Assembly: GCF_019464535.1 (NCBI RefSeq)
Contig: NZ_CP080507.1
Coordinates: forward strand, 3,900,001-3,932,000
Reading direction: 5' to 3'
Length of the DNA stretch: 32,000 nucleotides
Source of the DNA: Horticoccus luteus
GTDB taxonomy: Bacteria > Verrucomicrobiota > Verrucomicrobiia > Opitutales > Opitutaceae
The position numbers and the translations under genes were made by a program. This document shows, piece after piece, positions 1-7,500 of this stretch; positions within the stretch are counted from its first letter, which is position 1; each line of letters starts with the position of its first letter. The notes below the pieces were generated by a model. That model saw only the letters and a program-made list of their open reading frames with translations, was not told the origin of the DNA and searched no databases.

Positions 1-2946
1 CGGAATTTCCTGCGTGAACTTCAAATCGATCGTCTGCTGCCACGGCGAAACTTCCGAATTCCGGGACGGATGGGTGCCCAGGTAGTTCTTCAGGTCGGTG
101 GAGTTGACGTAGGCGAAAAAGGCATCGCGCTCGGTCGTGCTCGCCCACGCGACTTTGGGGTCGTTGGGACCCGTCGGCACGTAGAGTAGATCGTTGAACG
201 TGTAGCCGTCACCGTTGGCGTCACCGCGGAACACCCAAGAATACGGATGGCCCGTGCGGCCTTGATAAACGATCGCCGCGGTCGTTTTGTAGTCACGGAT
301 GAGTTCGAACTGGCGCGTGAGCTGGATGACGATGCGGTCCTTGATGTTCGTGTTGGAAGTGGAGGCCACATCCTCATTCGGATTGAACACCGCGCGATTC
401 GAGTAGTTCGAGCTCGCGGTCGACGAGGTCATCGGACTCACCTCCGTCGCGTGACCACGGGTCCACGAAGCGGACCAGGACCAGTCATTCTTCATCGGCC
501 GATAGAGCGACAACGTAACACCGTGGCTCTCGCCCTTGTTGGTGTTGGTCATGTAGAAGACGTCGGCAAACGAGCTGTTGCGCCGGCGACCGCTGGAGCT
601 GGCACTTGTGCCGGACGTGGGCGTGCCAGCGTAGGCAATGCGTCCGTCGGGCATTGTGCTATTCGCAGTCGCGATCTTGTAGTTGAGGAACTCGACATTC
701 AGCGCATCCTTCACCTCGCTGTAGTATCCTTCTGCAGAGAACGTAATGTTCCCGAAGGGCAACTTGTGGTCGATCGCGAGGTTGGACTTCCACAGACTGG
801 GCTGCCGGAAACCCGGATCCGTGACGTTGATGTTCGGCGCCGGAGGCGAGCCCGCCGGGACCGTTTGGTTGTTAGGATCCGGGTTGAAGGTCAGACCGGG
901 AATGCCACCGGTATTAAATGCACCGACCGCACCCGTGGCACCGGCGTTGGAATAGGCGTTGGAAATCCACACGGCCGGGTTCTTCCCTTGGAAGAGGCCA
1001 ATGCCGCCGCGCAGTTGAGTCTTTCGCTCTGTCTTGAACTCATAGGTGAATCCGATGCGCGGCGCGATGGTCGCGTTGCCGTTGTTGGTCGTGTTGTTTT
1101 GCGTGACCGCCTGGCCGTTGTCGCGCGTGAAGCCCGCAGTAGCAAAGCCAGCGGCAACAGGCGGAGCCTCGGGAACATGAGGATAGTCGTAGCGCAGGCC
1201 GGCCAAAAGTGTCAGCTGAGGGCTTAGTTTCCAGGTATCCTGGACAAACGTCGCGTACGCATCGTAGCGCCAGTTGGCGACCGCATCGTCGATCGAGAAT
1301 CCGGGATTGGCCTTTTGCAGGGTGTAGCCCGTCACTGGCGTGCCCGCAACCCATGCGGCGAGGTTGGGGAAGGTATAGTAACCGTCAGTATATTGAACGT
1401 AGGCGTTCAGATACTTGGTGGAAATATCTTCCACGCCGGCCGTGACCGTGTGGTTGCCGATCGAATAGTCAGCGGAAAACCGCACTTGGGTTTCCTTGGT
1501 GTTGATCGCATTAAGCTGACGGGACGATTCCGTGCCGAGGTAAACCTGGCCGTTCGTGATGGAAGCGCCGGTGTCGTAACGCGTGCCGGAAAGACCGCCC
1601 ACTTGAACTTGGGGAAACGGCACACCGTTGTTGGACGGAGAACCATCGTACTTCGTGTAAGAAACATCGAGCTCGGTACGGAGGTCAGGCGTCCACTGGC
1701 TGAAAAGTTGGCCAATATAGCTATCGGTATTGCGCGGCTGACTGTACCAGTAGTTGCTGAGGGAGGTTGCCGTGCTGCTGGTGTAGTTCGGGAAAATCAC
1801 CTGCGTGCCGTAATTGCGGCGGTAGGTGAAACTCGCGCGGTGGTCGCTGGAGATATTCCAATCGAGCTTGCCGATAACTGTCTTCTGCGTCGAAACGTTG
1901 TCACTCGCGCTCAAGCTGCCGGGATCGTAGCCGAGGGCCTGCGCCCGGGCAATGATGCTGGCCAACTGGGCCGCGTTGGGCTTGAAATTGGCCTGCGGCG
2001 CGGCGGAGGTGCGCTCGTAGTAGTCATAGTCACCGAAGAAGAAGAGCTTGTTTTTGATGATGGGGCCACCGAGCGTGAAGCCGTAGTTCTCTTCCTTGAA
2101 GGCATCGCGCAAACCCGTCACGGGGTTTTTCGCCCGGAAGTCTTCGTTCGTATATTCGTAAAACGCACTGCCGTGGAGTTCGTTCGTGCCGGATTTGGTG
2201 ACGACATTGATCAGCGCACCCGTGAAACCGGCGCGGCGGACGTCATAGGGCTGGAGTTCGACACTCAGATTCTCGACCGCTTCCAGCGGAATCGGGCTGC
2301 GCAGGGAGGTCGCGCCGTTGCCGTTGAGACCGAACTGGTCGTCCGAACGGACGCCATCGATGAGCAGCGAGTTAAAGCGGTAGTTCTGGCCTTGCGCGCT
2401 CAGATTGCCGCCCTGATCGAGCGAACCAAGGAAAAGCCGGGAGTCCATGGCGGCGACGTCCTGAATATCGCGACGGACGGAAGCGACGTTACGCACGGCT
2501 TCTTCGTTATACGAAGTGCCAGAGCCCATTTTGCCGGAATCGAAAGTGGCATCACGGGAACTGGTGACGCTAAACGCTTCCATTTGCACGACATCGGAAT
2601 TCATTGAGAAGTTAACCGTCGCGCTCTCGCCTAGCCCGAGGTAAACGTCCGATCGCTTCTGCGGTGTGAGGTCAGTGCCCGTGACGGTAATCGTATACGG
2701 GCCACCAACCCGCAAACCGGAAGCATTATATTGTCCATTCGCGCGCGTGAGCGCCGTGGCGGTCGTGCCGGATGGTTCGTGGACAATAGTGACGGTCGCA
2801 CCGGATATCGGCGCTCCGCTGCTATTGGTCACGGAGCCATCGATTCCAGCTGTCGTAATACCCTGGCCATAAAGGCCGGTGGCCAAAGCAAGAAGGAGGA
2901 AGGACATTCCCCCGAGCAGGCGTTTGAGGAGCGAGTGTTGATGCAT
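1..2946 (-). CDS. TonB-dependent outer-membrane receptor with N-terminal CarbopepD_reg-like domain; partial, C-terminus lies beyond the window start
   Basis: Missing from the ORF track because it has no stop inside the window. Manual minus-strand translation from the ATG (complement of 2944..2946) gives MHQHSLLKRLLGGMSFLLLALATGLYGQGITTAGIDGSVTNSSGAPISGATVTIVHEPSGTTATALTRANGQYNASGLRVGGPYTITV, a signal peptide followed by a carboxypeptidase-regulatory-like sandwich. Plug-like strings follow (DVVQMEAFSVTSS, NLSAQGQNYRFNSLLIDGV), then barrel strings (WNISSDHRASFTYRR, GLRYDYPH). Every segment I spot-translated stays open down to base 1 (FFAYVNSTDLKNYLGTHPSRNSEVSPWQQTIDLKFTQEIP). No listed minus-strand ORF uses this frame. 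Confidence 0.85.
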   Translation of the reverse strand, partial: MHQHSLLKRLLGGMSFLLLALATGLYGQGITTAGIDGSVTNSSGAPISGATVTIVHEPSGTTATALTRANGQYNASGLRVGGPYTITVTGTDLTPQKRSDVYLGLGESATVNFSMNSDVVQMEAFSVTSSRDATFDSGKMGSGTSYNEEAVRNVASVRRDIQDVAAMDSRLFLGSLDQGGNLSAQGQNYRFNSLLIDGVRSDDQFGLNGNGATSLRSPIPLEAVENLSVELQPYDVRRAGFTGALINVVTKSGTNELHGSAFYEYTNEDFRAKNPVTGLRDAFKEENYGFTLGGPIIKNKLFFFGDYDYYERTSAAPQANFKPNAAQLASIIARAQALGYDPGSLSASDNVSTQKTVIGKLDWNISSDHRASFTYRRNYGTQVIFPNYTSSTATSLSNYWYSQPRNTDSYIGQLFSQWTPDLRTELDVSYTKYDGSPSNNGVPFPQVQVGGLSGTRYDTGASITNGQVYLGTESSRQLNAINTKETQVRFSADYSIGNHTVTAGVEDISTKYLNAYVQYTDGYYTFPNLAAWVAGTPVTGYTLQKANPGFSIDDAVANWRYDAYATFVQDTWKLSPQLTLLAGLRYDYPHVPEAPPVAAGFATAGFTRDNGQAVTQNNTTNNGNATIAPRIGFTYEFKTERKTQLRGGIGLFQGKNPAVWISNAYSNAGATGAVGAFNTGGIPGLTFNPDPNNQTVPAGSPPAPNINVTDPGFRQPSLWKSNLAIDHKLPFGNITFSAEGYYSEVKDALNVEFLNYKIATANSTMPDGRIAYAGTPTSGTSASSSGRRRNSSFADVFYMTNTNKGESHGVTLSLYRPMKNDWSWSASWTRGHATEVSPMTSSTASSNYSNRAVFNPNEDVASTSNTNIKDRIVIQLTRQFELIRDYKTTAAIVYQGRTGHPYSWVFRGDANGDGYTFNDLLYVPTGPNDPKVAWASTTERDAFFAYVNSTDLKNYLGTHPSRNSEVSPWQQTIDLKFTQEIP

Positions 2947-3156
2947 GGTGTAGTCAAACTTGCGCCGGGCACTGCACCCGGTGCTAGATTTCCGCCAGCG
3001 AAGACCGGGGGATTTACCGCGTCAAGCGTGCAACCGCCTCCCTTTGCACCCTTCCGGCGATCTCCGGGGCATCACACAGCTCCCGCGGCCGACCAGAACC
3101 GCGGCAAACTTCTTGCTCCCACGATGCTCCAGCCACGAGTGCCGGCGCCGAACGCC

Positions 3157-4419
3157 TTAGCGATCCTTCGCCCGGTAGCAGCGGATCTCCAAGGGCGGCC
3201 CGATGGAGTAAAAGCCTTCCACCGTCTCCAGATTACCCAGCAGCCACGGCACGGAGAACGCGGCGCCGTTTTTGGTAAATACGATTCCAGCCGCGAGATA
3301 GACGCACGAATGCACTGCTACCCCGTCTGGTTGCACGAAGACAATGACATCGCCAAATGTCGGTTCGCTCGCGACAGGATAATATGACTCCGTGAGCACC
3401 TTCTTCACATATTCTATATCCGTGAAGCGCTCGTCAGGCTGTTCGTTAAAGAAATTGAGCGCCGTCCAATGGCAGTCGTGCGCCTCGTCTTGGGGATTCT
3501 GCGACAATTGCGGGTAGGAATAAAGCAGCGCTCTCGGCAACGGCGGCAAGAGGTGCACGATATCCAGCACGGCGCCTTCCGGCCGACGTACGAGTGATTG
3601 GAGCAACGGCTTCAGGTCTTTGCTGCGGCGGCCCTGACCCCAATAGTGCGCGATCGCATTCACGTCGGTCTGCGGATCGATCACCAGCTGAACGAGCAGC
3701 GTCGATTTGCGGGAAAGCGTTTTTAGGAATCGGATGCGGTCCGCCGAGGACTTCAATCGCGGCAAAACGACGTCATCGTCCGAAAACAGAAGGTTGCCGT
3801 TGCGCGGATAAAGCATGCTGGTCGCGAGCGTGATGATGTCCGGCGGGAGGCCGCTGTCGCGAAACCAGTCTTTTCCAACGTCGGCGCGCAAACGAAAGGG
3901 GGCAAACTGGGTGGCGTTTGCCGGAAACTTGGCCAGGACCGTATAGATGACCGAGCGCGCGGCGGGGGTCAGTTCCGCGACGACATTCCGATTCGGCATG
4001 ACCACGCAACCGCTGCCGTCCGCAGCCGGAGACGTGGCCGCGCTCAACGCCTGCTCTTGAGCGGCGGTGAGGCTCGCGCTGCGCCATAACTCGCGCACGG
4101 CCGCGGCAGAATAGCCCGGGAACGTCCACCGCAGAGGATCCGGCTGAATCTCCGGCAGGGGGATGTAATCTTCTGGTGGTTCGATTTCGATACGGGAGGA
4201 TCGCAAGTGCCCCCATGGTCCGTCGGGCAAACGTGTGAATCCCGACTCCATGACCGCGGACCGAACAATAGCGGGTTGACTAGCCTTCACCGGCTCGGTC
4301 GGGGGCGCCGAGCGGAGTGACCAAGCGACGACGCCCCAGGGGAGCAACAACACAACGCCCAGTCCACACCAGCCCCATGAGGTCAGCCGGATTGAGTTGG
4401 TGCGTTCGGAATTGGCCAT
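3157..4419 (-). CDS. Hypothetical N-terminally membrane-anchored protein with a C-terminal papain-like (NlpC/P60-like) Cys-His signature
   Basis: 420-aa ORF with an ATG start at 4417..4419. One N-terminal hydrophobic helix (WGWCGLGVVLLLPWGVVAWSL). The C-terminal ~110 aa carry DCHWTALNFF (Cys316), and 54 residues later GDVIVFVQPDGVAVHSCVYLAAGIVFTKNG (His370). The spacing and context resemble the NlpC/P60 Cys...GDLVFF...HVGIYLG pattern. The function is inferred from this motif only. Confidence 0.7.
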   Translation of the reverse strand: MANSERTNSIRLTSWGWCGLGVVLLLPWGVVAWSLRSAPPTEPVKASQPAIVRSAVMESGFTRLPDGPWGHLRSSRIEIEPPEDYIPLPEIQPDPLRWTFPGYSAAAVRELWRSASLTAAQEQALSAATSPAADGSGCVVMPNRNVVAELTPAARSVIYTVLAKFPANATQFAPFRLRADVGKDWFRDSGLPPDIITLATSMLYPRNGNLLFSDDDVVLPRLKSSADRIRFLKTLSRKSTLLVQLVIDPQTDVNAIAHYWGQGRRSKDLKPLLQSLVRRPEGAVLDIVHLLPPLPRALLYSYPQLSQNPQDEAHDCHWTALNFFNEQPDERFTDIEYVKKVLTESYYPVASEPTFGDVIVFVQPDGVAVHSCVYLAAGIVFTKNGAAFSVPWLLGNLETVEGFYSIGPPLEIRCYRAKDR

Positions 4420-4523
4420 GGCGAAAAAATCAAACCTCGGTGAAGCCGGCGGTGGGCCAGAGGACAGTGCGACGCGTATTCACGAATTGGCCCTCCTCGC
4501 GCAACCGCGCAAGGTGGCACGAT

Positions 4524-7500
4524 TTAAACCGAGGCCGAGCTGCGCGCGGCGCGGCGGCGCTGGCGGACTCGGCGCCACGTCACCAAAGCAAGGCCTGCGC
4601 CGAGGAAAATGACACCATAGGTCGCCGGTTCAGGCGTAGGGCGGATTTCGTGATCGAACCAGCCATTGTGATTACCCGCGACCCAAGTGGTCGTCATCCC
4701 ATCGTAGTTGGTGAACGTAATCTGGTTAAGAGGGGTGTTACCGAGATGATCCGCGCCGCTCAACGTGCCGCTGTTCACGGTGCTGGTCGCATACCAAACA
4801 GTGCTTTGCGTGACTTGGTTGGCGGTGCTCTTCCAGTTGTTGACCGTGATGTGGACCCCGGCGTCGATGATCAGATTTGCCGACGACAGCACGGTGCCGT
4901 TGGTGCCGTTAAAATCGAGGACGGTGTCCGCGGTAATGTGGATCGTGCCGAAGGTGATGTTCGCCGCGCTGGCGAGTGAAAGGGTGCCGCCGTTCAAGAC
5001 GAGCGTCGAACCCGTGCCTGCGTTGAAACTGTGGTCAAAGACGAGCGTGCCGGCGCCGTCTTTCTGAAAGGTACCACCGCCGGTGCCGTCGATCGCGCCG
5101 GAGAACGTGGTGCTGCCGCTGGCGTAATTGGAGACGACAGTGCCACCGCTGCCGATGATCAACGTGGTGCTGACGGCAGAATCGAAGGCGCCGGTGTTCA
5201 GCGTGGCCCCAGAGGCCACTGAAATCTTGCCGGCATTCAGATGGGTCGCGCCAGCGGTGTTCGTGCCGGTGCCGTTGATCGCGAGGGTGCCCGAGCCCGC
5301 CTTCGTGAGGCTGCCGCTGCCGTTCGTGAGATTGCCTGTGATCGTGATGTTGCCGTTGTTGGCGGTGGTGCCGAAGGTGGCGGCCTGGTTGGCGCTGGTC
5401 ACGCCGCCGCTCAGGGTGAGCGTGGTGCCGGTGTTGGCGGTGAGGAGGGCGGCCGATTGCAGCGTGACTTGGCCGGCAAAGGTGTTGTTGCCGGCGGCAT
5501 TGCGCAGGGCGCCGTTGCCGCTGATGCCGGTGCCGTTCAAGGCGAGGGGTTCGGCGCTGGTGGTGAGGTTGCCGTGTGCGGCGTTGCTGAGTTCGAGCGC
5601 GCCGCCGCTGCCGGAAACGGTGGTGCCGCCGGTGGCGGCGCCGAGGCCGGCGTTGCTTTGCAGGCTGAGGACGCCGGTGTTGATCGTGGTGGCGCCGCCG
5701 TAGGTGTTGGTGCCGGAGACGATGAGGGTGCCGGTGCCGTTCTTGGTGAGGGTGCCGGTGGCGCCGCCGACGGGGCCGCTGATCGTGGTGTTGCCCGAAC
5801 CGGTGACTTCCAACGCGGTGTTGATCGTGACGGTGTTGTTGAGGGTGAGCAGACCGGCGTCGGACTGGGTGCGGGCGTCGTTGACGACGACTTCGCCGTT
5901 CCAGGTGTTGTTGCCGGAGAGGTTGCGCAGAGCGCCGTTATTGCCGTAGCCGGTGTTGTTCAGCGTGAGTTTTTCGTTGGTGACGGTGATGTTGTTGGAG
6001 AGCTGCAGGGTGCCGTTGGTGGTGCCGTTGCCGTTGACGAGGGTGGCGGAGGTGTCGGTGCCGTCGGACTGGCCCAGGGCGCTGTTGTTGGTGATGGCGA
6101 GGGTGCCGTTGTTGATGGTGGTGGTGCCTTCGTAGCCGGCGTGATTATCGGAGGTGATGGTCATCGTGCCCGCGCCGGTCTTCACGATGGAGCCGTTGTA
6201 GATGAGGGCGCCGATGGTGAGGTCGCTGGTGTTGCCGGCGCCGCCGACGAGGTTGAAGGTGCGGGTGGCGTTGGGGACCGGGACGGGGCCTTGGTGGATG
6301 GTGAGGCTCAAGGCGCTGGTGCCGGAGCCGGTGATGGTGGCGGTGTGGCCGGCGGAGGCGTTGACGGTGACGTCGTCGTTGAGAAAGAGGCTGCCGGTGG
6401 TGCCGAGGTCGATATTGCCGCCGTTAAAGGTGAGGGCGCCGATCGTCTGCGCGGCGAGGAGGCTGAACTGGCCGTCGCTTTTGAGCGTGATCGGCGTGGT
6501 GTAGTTCATCATCTCGTCGTAAAGAATCGAGGTGTTGGCCTGGATGGTGAGTTGCGCGGAGTTGGCGGCGCCGGTGCCGTCGCCGATGACGACGGGGCCG
6601 TTGATCGCGAAGAAGTTCGGGTGCGCGGGGTCGGCGGGGTAGGTGTTGTAGAGGGTGGCGAGGCTGAGGATGCCGTTGTTGATCTGCGTGGTGCCGGTGA
6701 AGGTGGGGTTGTAGTTGTTGGTCATGCGCACGGTGTCGGTCGCGTTGGTCATCGCGATGACGAGGTTGCCGGTGCCGGTGACTTGCGCGTTGATATAGGT
6801 GGCGATGTGGTTGGCGGCGGAGGTGGTGCCGGTGAGCGTGAGCGTGTTGGCGCCCAGGCTGAGCGTCGTCGGGTCGGTGGGCGTGCCGCTGGGGTCGGAG
6901 AGCGCGCGGTTGTAGCGCGTGGTCGTCAGGCCGAGGGCGAGGTAGCCGGTGGCGTTGGTGCCGATCGTGGCGTCGCCGGCGAGGGTGATGTTGCTTTCCC
7001 AGCGGTTGTTACCGCCGGTGCCATAAAGCGCGCCGACACCGCTGACCCCGGTGCCGGAGAGCGTGAGCGTGCCGTTGAACGGAGCCAGCACGCTGTCGAG
7101 TTGCAGCGTGGCGCCGGAAGCGACGGTGGTGCCCGCGGTGCCTGCGCCCAGTGCGCCTGCGCTCTGCACCTTTAGTGTGCCTTGATTGACCAACACGGGG
7201 CCACTGTAACCAGAACTCGTGCCTGACAGCGTCAGGGTGCCAGTTCCCTGCTTCACGAGGCGGCCGTTGGCGTTGCCGCTGGAGAAGGTGCCCGCGTAGG
7301 CCGTGCTGGTGGCGTCGCCGACCGTGAAATCGGTGGCGCCGCCGGGAGAACCGAAAGCGATCACCGCGCTGGAATTAGTGCTGGCGATGGAACCGAGCGT
7401 TTGGGCGAAGCCGTTGAGGTTGAGCGTGGGCGTGCCGCCGGCGGTGAACGTGACGGCCGAGGTGCTCGCGATTTGGTTGGCGGCATCAAGCCGCACGGTG

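Noticed and set aside
247-2607. Plus-strand ORFs 247..1227 and 1315..2607 at the window start
   Set aside because: They are antisense to the unlisted minus-strand TonB-dependent receptor frame, which stays open from 2946 to base 1 and gives canonical signal peptide, plug and barrel sequence.
2947-3156. Riboswitch or promoter upstream of the TonB-dependent receptor: hairpin GTGCAA-10 nt-TTGCAC at 3028..3049 and a minus-strand TTGACG at 3020..3025
   Set aside because: I recognised no B12-box or other riboswitch core. The -35-like hexamer has no acceptable -10 at 16-19 nt, and the hairpin is short.
5241-7175. 644-aa plus-strand ORF, plus many shorter ones, inside the giant PATR gene
   Set aside because: The Gly/Ala/Val/Asp low-complexity translation is the mirror image of the Thr/Asn/Gly-rich repeats on the minus strand. 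It has no start context or domain signature.
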